In this document: one piece after another, positions 53,087 through 61,956 of the stretch | Layout of the letters: every line of letters starts with the position of its first letter | Position numbering within the stretch: position 1 is the first letter of the stretch | NCBI GenBank assembly: GCA_029820565.1 | Contig: JALGUR010000003.1 | Coordinates: 67,304-131,303 of the forward strand | DNA from: Candidatus Zipacnadia bacterium | GTDB lineage: Bacteria; Armatimonadota; Zipacnadia; Zipacnadales; Zipacnadaceae | Direction: 5' to 3' | DNA: 64,000 nt | The notes under the pieces: generated by a model | What the model saw: the letters and a program-made list of their open reading frames with translations, nothing else | Told to the model about the DNA's origin: nothing | Databases searched by the model: none | Translations under genes and position numbers: made by a program

Positions 53087-53333
53087 AATACAGTAATCAG
53101 TGGACAGGAACGAAAGCAACGGAAGCAAAAACAGGAACGGCATCTAACGGCAGACGACGGGACGGCAACAGTAGACGGCACGAGCGCCGCTCCTATAGAC
53201 AACACCGGCAATGCGAGCCGGGCTTTTATTAGGGTGTATGGCGGGACGGAAGTTGGTGCCAACTTCTACCTGCCGTTATCTGCCGTTAACTGGTCACTGT
53301 CGCCTGGCTACTGTTCACTGATTCCTGCCGCTA

Positions 53334-54266
53334 TTACAGCTCGGCCCACATGCGCCGGAAAGTGCGCTGGGTCTGGGCTACTACCAGGTCCGGGTCCTCA
53401 TCGGCGACCGGCTTGACCTCGAAACTGACAATCGGCTTGTCGGTAGGCACCTGGGCCTGGAAGTAACCCACGTAGATGAGGCTTTCCATATACTCCTGCA
53501 ACTCAGCCACATCATTCTCCCCGCCCGGGTAGCCAAAGTGCGGGTGCATATCGCCATAAGCCGGATCTTCCTTGTCAGCCATCATGCAATTGCCGGCATG
53601 GACGTGAATAAGATACTCGCTGGCCTGACTGAGGCAGTCGCTGGGCGACTCGTCCAGCAGAGGCAGGTGAGAGAGGTCAATGAGCAGGCCAAAGTTATCT
53701 ACCTGCTGACGGATTCGCTTGGCCACCTCAACCGCGCGGGGGGTAGGCCCAATCAGGCACTTCTTATCTATCTTGTCATCAAAGGCCTCCAGCGAAATCC
53801 AGGACCGATAGTCGGTGGCCTGGCTCTGGGCGTAGCGGCACAGTTCCACCAGGGAGTCGACCAGCAAGTCCATCTGCCGGCTGCGCTCGTCATCAGTGTC
53901 CGGGTCCGGCCCGCTGAGCACGGCGGTGATTTTGGCCTGCAGTTCGTAGGCCGCATCAATGGATTTTTTTACCTCGTCCACGGCCGCCTGCCGACCCTGA
54001 TCATCGGGGTCGTTGAGGCTCAACTTGGCTCCCAGTAGATTCGGCTGAGCAGCCATCCCGTACGATATTCCGCTCTGCTCGGCGATGGCCAGTAGTTCGG
54101 CGTGGATACCAGGTTGGTCCACGCGCTTGACTTCCAGAACATCAAAGAAGTCGCCGCTGGCCAGTCTGCGGATGGTCTCCTGAACCGCGGGTGGCTCGGT
54201 CGCCTGCGGGTACGCCATAAAGTGAACCAGTCCGATGTCCATTAACTGTCGCCACGATTGTGTCAT
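53334..54266 (-). CDS. Sugar phosphate isomerase/epimerase-like TIM barrel protein
   Basis: ORF 53334..54506. ATG 54266 is preceded by GGAGGG. The upstream 80 codons look non-coding. Confidence 0.78.
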   Translation of the reverse strand: MTQSWRQLMDIGLVHFMAYPQATEPPAVQETIRRLASGDFFDVLEVKRVDQPGIHAELLAIAEQSGISYGMAAQPNLLGAKLSLNDPDDQGRQAAVDEVKKSIDAAYELQAKITAVLSGPDPDTDDERSRQMDLLVDSLVELCRYAQSQATDYRSWISLEAFDDKIDKKCLIGPTPRAVEVAKRIRQQVDNFGLLIDLSHLPLLDESPSDCLSQASEYLIHVHAGNCMMADKEDPAYGDMHPHFGYPGGENDVAELQEYMESLIYVGYFQAQVPTDKPIVSFEVKPVADEDPDLVVAQTQRTFRRMWAEL

Positions 54267-54420
54267 TGTAATAACCCTCCTAGGTATCCTTAAAGTTTTT
54301 CGAAATAGGCGGAATCGCCAAGATAGCATAAATGAGGCCCACGGTAGGCACCCCGTTCCGCCGGACCCGCACCCGCTGCCGCAACGCTGGCCTATGTCTC
54401 TCATCCACGACGGTAACCCA

Positions 54421-55476
54421 TCATTCTTCCTGGGCAGATGGTCCGATCTTGCCGATGAGCAGGTACGGCGACCGGATCTTGTGAAGCTGTTCCCCGCCGG
54501 CCCCATACAGAATGTTGTTCTTTAGTACAAAGAAGATCTCGACCACCGCGCGGGGCATCGGTTGAAGCGACTCGTAGCTGTCCTCCTGCGTATCATACAA
54601 GAAGACCGCCGCACTGGTGCCGTAGTCGGAGCCGTGAACCTTTCCATCCTCCGCCGAGGCTATGTACGGGCCGAAGATCAGGATGTAGCGGTCGTCATAC
54701 GCAAGAGCGGTTTGGGCCCGGCAGGGGAAGGGGACACGGCGGATCCGTGTCCACGTGTCGGCGGTGATGTCATACTTGTACGCATCGTCGACATTATACG
54801 CTGGTTCCTTGTCAGTCCGATAGCCGCCGAATACGTAAAGATTGCCGCCGCAAGCAGCAGCAGCAAAATGGCTAGTCGGGGGCCCGGGCATGGGGGTTAG
54901 CGTTTGCCAGTTAGCGTCCAGATTGTGAGTGTCCAGGGCATAGAGAGCATTAGACATTTGGGTTAGGCCATAGTCTCTGGAGCCACCCACGGCATAGATG
55001 ACACTGCCCACTGCTGCACCCATGGTAAATACCGCTGGTTCAGGCAAAGAAGGCCCTCGCGACCACTCGAACCTCGGCTCTCCTTCCTCTGTATTCGCCA
55101 CCCGTGAAAGTATGTAGCCATTCGCGATGGGCGTGAAGTCCTGCCCGCAGCCGCCAAAGGTATACATTTTCCCCTCCACCACAACACTGAGCGCGTAGGC
55201 CAAGTCGCGCGGCAGATCCGGCCCCATGCGCCAGATGCCAGTCTGGACGTCATAGAGCTGTGTCCATCTCAGAAACCGCTTCGCTTCCATCGTATGCCAG
55301 AAGGTCCCGCCGGCAAGGATCAATGTGTCACCGATCATCCCGGTCATTCCACCGGCGGTGGGCTGAAGCATATTGGGGCCCTGCGACCATGCGATGGATA
55401 GAGGCGCTTCGGCGTGCCCCGCCCCGCCCACCAGAGTCAAACTGGCAGCAAATAGGATATAAAGACACTTGTACAT
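54421..55476 (-). CDS. Secreted Kelch-repeat beta-propeller protein, possibly NanM-like mutarotase
   Basis: Signal peptide. Repeated GG...Y.FGG Kelch motifs. The NanM analogy is an inference from architecture and the sialidase neighbours. Confidence 0.7.
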   Translation of the reverse strand: MYKCLYILFAASLTLVGGAGHAEAPLSIAWSQGPNMLQPTAGGMTGMIGDTLILAGGTFWHTMEAKRFLRWTQLYDVQTGIWRMGPDLPRDLAYALSVVVEGKMYTFGGCGQDFTPIANGYILSRVANTEEGEPRFEWSRGPSLPEPAVFTMGAAVGSVIYAVGGSRDYGLTQMSNALYALDTHNLDANWQTLTPMPGPPTSHFAAAACGGNLYVFGGYRTDKEPAYNVDDAYKYDITADTWTRIRRVPFPCRAQTALAYDDRYILIFGPYIASAEDGKVHGSDYGTSAAVFLYDTQEDSYESLQPMPRAVVEIFFVLKNNILYGAGGEQLHKIRSPYLLIGKIGPSAQEE

Positions 55477-55700
55477 TGCAGTTATTCCCCTGCGAAATTG
55501 TTCACACAGCTATTATCCGAGATTCCCCGTTTAGCGTTTGCTTACCCTTGTATTTTTCCAGTCTGTCAGAAATTCCTTCTCCGGCTCGCGATGTATGCAC
55601 GAAAGCCCGGAATTTGCAGGCTTTCCCGAGGCCTTGAGCCCGAACTGACCGACCTTTGCGGCTTTCGAGGATAGCAGCCGCAGTACTCCCTGGGCATAAG

Positions 55701-56528
55701 TTAGAAGCCCATGTCCTGGGCCATATCGCCGGCGGCCTTGACCCAGGCGTGCTGCGGATCATCGTGCGGCGCCATGCGGCGCTCAGTGACACCGGCCATC
55801 ATCCATAGATAATACAGTTGATAGCCAGGAGCCGCCGCGACTGGATGATAGCCGCCGGGTATCAATACGCTATCCCCATTTCCGACTGCGTAGGTCTCAT
55901 CCACACTGCCATCATCGGTGTATATGCGCTGAATGCCGAAGCCCTGCGGCGGATTGGTGCGGAAGTGATAGATTTCTTCCATATTCACCTCAAAGGGGTA
56001 ATTATCCTCCTCGTGTTTGTGGGGCGGATAACTGGACCAGTTGCCCGGCGGGTTGAAGGTCTCACCAATCAGCAGGCGCTGGGCCCCAGGGACATTGGCG
56101 CCGATGATATTATGTATTCGTCGTCGCCAGTTCCAGTTACCTGCCTGGTTGATTTGCACTTGGTCGGGTATGATTATCTGAGCGGGCGCGGTGCTGTCCG
56201 AGGGTGCTGTGCAGACCGCTACCTCCGCTGTGCTGTCGGCCAATAGACTCACGGAACTGTTAGGTGGCAGGTAGGCACCGGCCGGCTTGCCCGCGAAAAC
56301 CGAAGTTCTGCCGCCTAAATTAGGATACTCCTGGCCGTCTACAACCAATGTGATTACTCCGCTGAGAATAACCAGCCCCATCTCGGTCTGGTCAGTCTGC
56401 ATCTGGTGGGCATCGCCTGCGCCGAGACGCAGGATGGAAAAACTAAGTAGTCGCAATTCGCCACTACCCGCTTCGTAAATGACATTTTCAGTCTGGTCTA
56501 ATTGTTGCTTAATCAAGTAATCTGGCAT
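55701..56528 (-). CDS. iolB: 5-deoxy-glucuronate isomerase (IolB/KduI-like cupin)
   Basis: YPPHKHEEDNYPFEVNMEEIYHF motif. ATG 56528 follows GGGAGGAG. Confidence 0.8.
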   Translation of the reverse strand: MPDYLIKQQLDQTENVIYEAGSGELRLLSFSILRLGAGDAHQMQTDQTEMGLVILSGVITLVVDGQEYPNLGGRTSVFAGKPAGAYLPPNSSVSLLADSTAEVAVCTAPSDSTAPAQIIIPDQVQINQAGNWNWRRRIHNIIGANVPGAQRLLIGETFNPPGNWSSYPPHKHEEDNYPFEVNMEEIYHFRTNPPQGFGIQRIYTDDGSVDETYAVGNGDSVLIPGGYHPVAAAPGYQLYYLWMMAGVTERRMAPHDDPQHAWVKAAGDMAQDMGF

Positions 56529-56619
56529 AAATACTCCTCCCTTTATGATTGTATTTCTTCGGGAGGCAACAATATCCCTCTTGGGCAAGTAGATATTGCG
56601 CAGTTATTCCTGCCTGGCA

Positions 56620-56648
56620 TTGACAGGTGAATGACTGCTCACTATAAT
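56620..56648 (+). promoter_or_regulatory. Consensus sigma70 promoter of ribB
   Basis: TTGACA at 56620-56625, 17 nt, TATAAT at 56643-56648. ATG 56658 is only 9 nt past the -10. Confidence 0.65.
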
Positions 56649-56657
56649 GACGGTGGT

Positions 56658-57269
56658 ATGAAGCCCGGTAGAATACACGAAATAATTGAGCACTTCCGCA
56701 GGGGCGGATTTGTGGCACTGCTGGACGCTCCCGACCGGGAGGGCGAGGCCGACCTACTCCAGGCCGCCGAATTCGTCAGCGGTGAGAGTTTGAATTTTAT
56801 GGCCCACCACGCTCGCGGGCTGGTGACTGTAGCCATAACTGCTCAACGATTGCAGGAGTTGGAAATACCACTGATTGAGCCGCGCTTCGCCAGCGATAAT
56901 ACCCCTGGCTTCGCAGTGCCGGTTGACTACAAGCCAGCCACCACGACGGGGGTGTCAACTTTTGACCGGGCGGCGACCATCGGTGCCTTAATTGATCCCC
57001 AGACCGCCCCGGAAGATTTTGCCCGGCCCGGTCATGTCTTTCCGCTGGCGGCGGCCGAACACGGTTTGGCCCAGCGCGCTGGCCACACCGAAGGTGCTGT
57101 GGCGCTGGCCCGCTTGGCCCATCTGTACCCGGCGGTGGTTATGTGCGAAATAATGGCCCCGGATGGGCATATGGCCGCCGGGGAGAGCCTGAGTGGGTTT
57201 GTTGATGCGCACCAGATTCCTCTGGTCACTGTGCAACAAGTGCAGCGGACCGCGCAGGCTGCTGAATAA
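56658..57269 (+). CDS. ribB: 3,4-dihydroxy-2-butanone 4-phosphate synthase
   Basis: GGFVALLDAPDREGEADLLQAAE and GHTEGAV motifs. ATG 56631 lies inside the promoter spacer, so 56658 is preferred. Confidence 0.88.
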   Translation: MKPGRIHEIIEHFRRGGFVALLDAPDREGEADLLQAAEFVSGESLNFMAHHARGLVTVAITAQRLQELEIPLIEPRFASDNTPGFAVPVDYKPATTTGVSTFDRAATIGALIDPQTAPEDFARPGHVFPLAAAEHGLAQRAGHTEGAVALARLAHLYPAVVMCEIMAPDGHMAAGESLSGFVDAHQIPLVTVQQVQRTAQAAE

Positions 57270-57409
57270 CCTGCGGGAATATAGCCGGGAACCCTGACTT
57301 GAAAAGTGGGTACCTTTGGGTGCGTCTTCTTGGTCAGCTGAGATACGGACTTGCTAACGGGAGCCGTCAGGGGCTGATGGCCAGGCCGAAAGGTAGCACC
57401 CGTTGTGGG

Positions 57410-59536
57410 CTACGGTTTGAGGATTTCTCTGAGTTGCAGAATCTTCTGACATAGTTCCCCGCGGATTTGCTGAAGGTCACCATCTATATCGAGATCTTTT
57501 AGCCAGATTCGAATTCCGGCAACCTTTTCTGTGGCAACGCCTGTTTGCTCCGCCTCATCCAGCAGGTTCTGCAGGAGAGTTACATATCGCACGTCGTCTA
57601 CGCCTTCGCGGAATCCTTCCCACTGCAGAGTGTCTACGACTCCCGAAGAGGTGGGATAAGCCATTATCAATCTAAAGCCGGCGTCAAAATCGTTCCAGAT
57701 ATGCCCCGAACCCTCGTGCTGGTAGGCATAGTCCATAGCCCCCGAGTATCCCGCCTTCCATAGAGCCAGTCCGTAGTGGTCCCGGTAGGTGTACGGGAGG
57801 GGCTGGCCGTACTGGGGATTAGCGTAAGAGTACATCCGAAATCCCCGCGCCTTTACCTTGGCCGCTAATCGAGGATGGAACTCTCCTTGGTCTATCCCGT
57901 GTACGTTAGGAGCATCCAGAATATCCCCCACGAGCGGGAAAAAATCGTAGGGGTAGACGGCGGCAAAGACTTTCAATCCCGCCTTATGGGCGTTGACAAA
58001 GGCGTTTCTTTGCTGTTTCAGTCGTTCACCCGACGCTTCGTCCGGGCCGTAGACATAGACTTCTCCGAACCCAAACTTCTTAGCTGCCGCCAACAGTTCA
58101 GACAAGCCGGCACCCGAATAGGGGCTGTAGCCGCAGGTGAAGAGCCGCTCCTCGCTCAAGCCCGCCCGTTCGCGTATTTGCAGGTACCTTTCCAGCCGCT
58201 CGCCGCCTTGATAGGCAATGGGGTTTATGACGCCATGGTCTTTCATGTTTCTGAACTCGGCGGCCAACTGCGGTTCGGTTTTCCGTTCCGAGGAGATGAC
58301 CGGCACATTATCCCCTTTCAACTTGCCTCGGTAATAGTGAGAATACTCGAGGCACGGCGCCGGAAGCCTAAAAGGCAGCACGCTTAGCGTCATGGGAATG
58401 GTCCGGGCCGGTGCGTTTGCCGGTTCTATGTGTATGCTGCCCTGGTAATCGCCGGGGAGCCCCTCGGGTGGGACATAGACAGTTATCCAGAACTGCTTAG
58501 GCTGCAGCGCCGGAATGTCCACAGGCAGTAGCGCCGGGGCATCCTCAATGATAAACTCTGGCTTCAGTGACCGGTTGATCCTGTTAATACTGTAATAGCG
58601 CGTCCGACCTTCCAGATTGGTAGCCCGCAACTGCTGTTTGCACCTGTCGGCATCGACGCGCACCAGTTCGTCATCATGCAGAAGCAGTTCCGAGGTTAAT
58701 GCGGGCCCTAAGCCACCCGACCGAAACCAGCACTTTACTGCAAGTACATCGAGCGATGATATCGTATGGTCACCATTTTTCAGTGGCGAGACGCTCACCT
58801 TGACGTCCCTTAGTTGTTTTCCTGCCAGGATCACGAAACTGGCCGGTTCAAATTCATCCTGGGCCGCAATGATTGCCATGCTCTCACGCTTGAGGCTCGC
58901 CGGTATCACGGCTGAGGAGGGCAGGATCTTCTCATTGGTTATCGGCTTTACGGGAATGACCTCGTAATCCCCGGCTATCTTGGGCTTGGAGACAGCCGGC
59001 TGGGGCTGCGCGCGCAGCGGGAGGCTGGTTACCTCAAAATCGTCCACATATATGACTACATGGGTGTTTGCGAAACGACCGCCCCGCGGACGCACATATA
59101 CGGCTAGTCCCTCCATATGGAGAAGCTGCAACGACTGGAGCTCTTTCTTCTTCTTGGCTTTGAAGACGTGTCCGCTGGTCCCGCGAGCCGGATTCTTGTA
59201 GGCGTAACCCAACTCAACACTCGCCTCGCCCTTCGCACAGACTTTCCCGGTGAACTTCAGGGGCTGGGTGAAGGGAAAATCCACCGGCAGCCACCAATAG
59301 GCATAATGGCCTTTGGGAATCGTTACATCTAACTTGAAAGAACGCTTCCCGCTGGCAGCCTTGTCCTCGCTGATTCCCGCGTAGTGGGTTTCTATCTCGC
59401 CGGCGTTTGTCGCCCAGTGCTCCAGCGGGGTGTATTGCTCCCCTTCAAAACCCTCCTTTATCAGGACTTCAGCGTGGAGCGACGTGGCCACAGTGCCAGC
59501 AGCCAGCACGGCCAAAACTATCAGGAGTTTGCGCAT
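57410..59536 (-). CDS. Secreted 708-aa protein with DUF4091/GH123-like C-terminal region
   Basis: Signal peptide. The C-terminal pattern LQWEGFREGVDDVRYVTLL is typical of DUF4091, from memory. Confidence 0.6.
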   Translation of the reverse strand: MRKLLIVLAVLAAGTVATSLHAEVLIKEGFEGEQYTPLEHWATNAGEIETHYAGISEDKAASGKRSFKLDVTIPKGHYAYWWLPVDFPFTQPLKFTGKVCAKGEASVELGYAYKNPARGTSGHVFKAKKKKELQSLQLLHMEGLAVYVRPRGGRFANTHVVIYVDDFEVTSLPLRAQPQPAVSKPKIAGDYEVIPVKPITNEKILPSSAVIPASLKRESMAIIAAQDEFEPASFVILAGKQLRDVKVSVSPLKNGDHTISSLDVLAVKCWFRSGGLGPALTSELLLHDDELVRVDADRCKQQLRATNLEGRTRYYSINRINRSLKPEFIIEDAPALLPVDIPALQPKQFWITVYVPPEGLPGDYQGSIHIEPANAPARTIPMTLSVLPFRLPAPCLEYSHYYRGKLKGDNVPVISSERKTEPQLAAEFRNMKDHGVINPIAYQGGERLERYLQIRERAGLSEERLFTCGYSPYSGAGLSELLAAAKKFGFGEVYVYGPDEASGERLKQQRNAFVNAHKAGLKVFAAVYPYDFFPLVGDILDAPNVHGIDQGEFHPRLAAKVKARGFRMYSYANPQYGQPLPYTYRDHYGLALWKAGYSGAMDYAYQHEGSGHIWNDFDAGFRLIMAYPTSSGVVDTLQWEGFREGVDDVRYVTLLQNLLDEAEQTGVATEKVAGIRIWLKDLDIDGDLQQIRGELCQKILQLREILKP

Positions 59537-59702
59537 AGTCCATCTCCGCGTTTGGTTTACTTAGACTGTTGCGAAAGATACTCATACATTATAGCAGAGG
59601 GGGTGCTGTCAAGGGACGGTTGTGTTAGAATCATCGCGAGGTGTGGGAACTTCTTCAGTGCGAGAACGAATTGCGTAAGTCCTCGTGGGCCAAACCGTAC
59701 AT

Positions 59703-59800
59703 ATATCGGGGCACCCTCGGACAGGCTCAGGACAAGGCAGTTTGACAAGCTCACTGTAAACGGGATGCCCCTGCCCCGGGGTTTTGCAACAGTCTCCTAC
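59703..59800. repeat. Composite REP-like element (families of 10886 and 4223)
   Basis: ATATCGGGGCACCCTCGGACAGGCTCAGGACAAGGCAG...GGGATGCCCCTGCCCC...CTCCTACG. Confidence 0.5.
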
Positions 59801-59957
59801 GATCTACGAGCACTCCTCGGCAGGTACGCACGGGCTAAGGCGGACCCAAACCATCCGAGTCCCTATGTACCATCACCGTCCGTGCGTACCTGCTATCCAC
59901 GCAATGGGCCTATTTCCCATGTGCCGTGGTAGGCACAGCCGGGCAGACTTGCATTAG

Positions 59958-60665
59958 TTAGCCTGAATACCCAGAGTGCCCCCACAGAATCTGGTCAGCC
60001 TGGTACTCGGCATTGGCAGGGTCGCCCGTCTCATACCCGTCGTAGAAGGAGGCCTGGCTCAGCCACTTGGCGTGGCCATCTATAAAGGCATGGTTGCCGC
60101 CCCCATTGTGGTCGTTGCAGACGCATAAGGTCGAACTGGCGGACGGTGGATAACCCCCACACCATGGGCACATCACAAAGGACATCCCCCACCCCCAACC
60201 GGTACCGCTCCAGTGACCCAAGCTCTGGGTATCTGCTTCAAACAGCCAGGCGGTCTGGCCCGGATAGTCGTAGGCGTCGAATAGACGCGTCGGACCCTCA
60301 CCTGCCGACCGGTTGGCGTAGTCATAGTACTGGCGGCCATACGTGGCACTCAGCCCCCGCGCATGGTCCGGACTGAGAACCGGGCATACGAAAAGCTGGT
60401 CGTTTCTCACGTACGGCAGCAGGCCGCCGTAGATTGTAGTATACGGTGGGAAGTGAACGTGGGGCATGTGCCCATCGTAGTCACTGGCGTACATCAGCCC
60501 GGCCAGAGCGATTTGCTTGATGTTGCTCAAGCACGCAGTCTGGCGGGCTTTCGCCCGCGCCCTTGCGAACACGGGAAACAGAATGGCCGCCAGGATTGCG
60601 ATAATCGCAATCACCACCAGCAATTCTATCAACGTAAATCCACGTCGCTTGCTAATCATTGTCAT
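59958..60665 (-). CDS. Prepilin-type N-terminal cleavage/methylation domain protein, DUF1559 family (second copy)
   Basis: [58 protein letters not shown] motif. Confidence 0.88.
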   Translation of the reverse strand: MTMISKRRGFTLIELLVVIAIIAILAAILFPVFARARAKARQTACLSNIKQIALAGLMYASDYDGHMPHVHFPPYTTIYGGLLPYVRNDQLFVCPVLSPDHARGLSATYGRQYYDYANRSAGEGPTRLFDAYDYPGQTAWLFEADTQSLGHWSGTGWGWGMSFVMCPWCGGYPPSASSTLCVCNDHNGGGNHAFIDGHAKWLSQASFYDGYETGDPANAEYQADQILWGHSGYSG

Positions 60666-60760
60666 TACCTCCTTGGAATTGTCTTCTGTCTCGTATGAGG
60701 CAGAAGAGTCTGGTACGGCTTACGACTTGTATTGTTCTGCTTACGGCTGTCTCTCACCGT

Positions 60761-60815
60761 TGTAGGAGCGACATTCTTGTCGCGATTATATCGGGGCAGG
60801 GATGCCCCTCCTACG
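60761..60815. repeat. Composite REP element with GTAGGAG...CTCCTAC termini inside the DUF1559 leader
   Basis: TGTAGGAGCGACATTCTTGTCGCGA (family of 26801) fused to TTATATCGGGGCAGGGATGCCCCTCCTACG (family of 10886). Confidence 0.65.
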
Positions 60816-60825
60816 TTGTAATTGG

Positions 60826-60850
60826 TTACCAGGCAAGCACTCACCTCCTT
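60826..60850 (-). promoter_or_regulatory. Leader element: AAGGAGGTGA plus mini-ORF GTG-CTT-GCC-TGG-TAA
   Basis: On the minus strand, the SD is at 60850-60841 and the mini-ORF at 60840-60826. Matches the leader at 44761-44782. Confidence 0.55.
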
Positions 60851-60901
60851 GGGTTAGTCTATTTGGGTAAAGGCATACACCACATACCCTTTATAATTTA
60901 T

Positions 60902-60930
60902 ATTCTACTCGTTTGCGGCGAGTATGTCAA
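60902..60930 (-). promoter_or_regulatory. Sigma70 promoter of DUF1559 gene 2
   Basis: Minus strand: TTGACA (60930-60925), 17 nt, TAGAAT (60907-60902). Overlaps the 3' end of the EamA gene. Confidence 0.6.
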
Positions 60931-61865
60931 GTGGTGTGCGGAGAATGTTTCGCCGGGTAGCGGGCCAGGTAGACACCCCCCAGAGTCACGGCTATTCCCA
61001 CAAACTGAACTATCGCCAGCCGTTCGTGCAGGAAAATGGCGGCAGCCAACACAGCCACTATGGGCTGAAGATACTGATAAACCGCCGTGTGGGCCGGGCT
61101 CGTCAACTTGATACTTCGATACCACATCAAAAAGGCGTACACCGACCCCAGCAACACCACGTACGCCAGGCAGAGCCAGTGAATAGTCCCGAGAGTAGAC
61201 CACGGTCCCGCTAATACCTGCCTCAGACCCAAAGGTACGATGACGATATTAGCAATGCAGGTGCACAGAGCGATGACCATAAGAGTTCCGTGCCGCTGCA
61301 TGAGGCCCTTGCTGATTACCATAAATAGTCCGTACAGCAGCGCCGACAGCACCATTATCATATCGCCGGCAACGGAGTTGGTGAACTGACCAGCCCGGCT
61401 GCTACTGCCCAGGACTATCAAAGCCACCCCGCCCAGGGCGGTGAGGATGCCGAGCCAGTTGCGCAAGCATATCGCCTCCAGCCCCAGTGTGGCTACTAAC
61501 AGTGCCGTCCAGACCGGTGCGGTGCTTATAATAAGGGCCCCTTCACTGGCGCTAGTCAGACTTAGAGCATAGAGAAAACTCATCAGTTGTATACCCATCA
61601 ATACTCCGGTTCCCAGCAGGGGCCAGAAGTCAGTTGACAGAGCCTGATGAATTCGGCGGCCCAGCAGTAGTAGTATGGCGACCAACAGCACACTGGCACA
61701 GCAGGTGCGGATGCACTGCAGCGCGGCGGGGGAAAAATCAGAGAGCAAAAACTTCTGGGCTACCGCCGAACCGCCCCAGACGACGGTCGCCGACAGGGCG
61801 CCCCAATCTATGGATGGAACGGTAGACTCGGTGGATTGGCGTGTCTCGTCGCAATTACCTGACAT
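60927..61865 (-). CDS. EamA/DMT-family transporter
   Basis: Ten predicted TM segments. Two EamA-like halves. Confidence 0.85.
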   Translation of the reverse strand: MSGNCDETRQSTESTVPSIDWGALSATVVWGGSAVAQKFLLSDFSPAALQCIRTCCASVLLVAILLLLGRRIHQALSTDFWPLLGTGVLMGIQLMSFLYALSLTSASEGALIISTAPVWTALLVATLGLEAICLRNWLGILTALGGVALIVLGSSSRAGQFTNSVAGDMIMVLSALLYGLFMVISKGLMQRHGTLMVIALCTCIANIVIVPLGLRQVLAGPWSTLGTIHWLCLAYVVLLGSVYAFLMWYRSIKLTSPAHTAVYQYLQPIVAVLAAAIFLHERLAIVQFVGIAVTLGGVYLARYPAKHSPHTT

Positions 61866-61956
61866 TAGGGGCCTTGCTATCCTTCTGAGAAGTTGGGAGG
61901 CAAGATTGGCGGACAGTTGGGGTTAGTAATGCCTCGCGCATCAGTCAGATGTCAGA

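Noticed and set aside
53087-53143. N-terminal extensions of several ORFs: glycerate kinase to 53143, the TIM-barrel ORF to 54506, iolB to 56588, the GHL10-like ORF to 42191, and ribB from 56631.
   Set aside because: The family-typical N-termini begin at internal ATGs. Those of glycerate kinase, the TIM-barrel gene and iolB are preceded by good SDs (ribB has none: it is near-leaderless). The extensions overlap repeats, promoters or neighbouring genes.
59588-59612. TTGACA and TATAAT hexamers upstream of the 708-aa secreted protein gene (minus strand).
   Set aside because: The spacer is only 13 nt, which is incompatible with a functional sigma70 promoter. It is not annotated.
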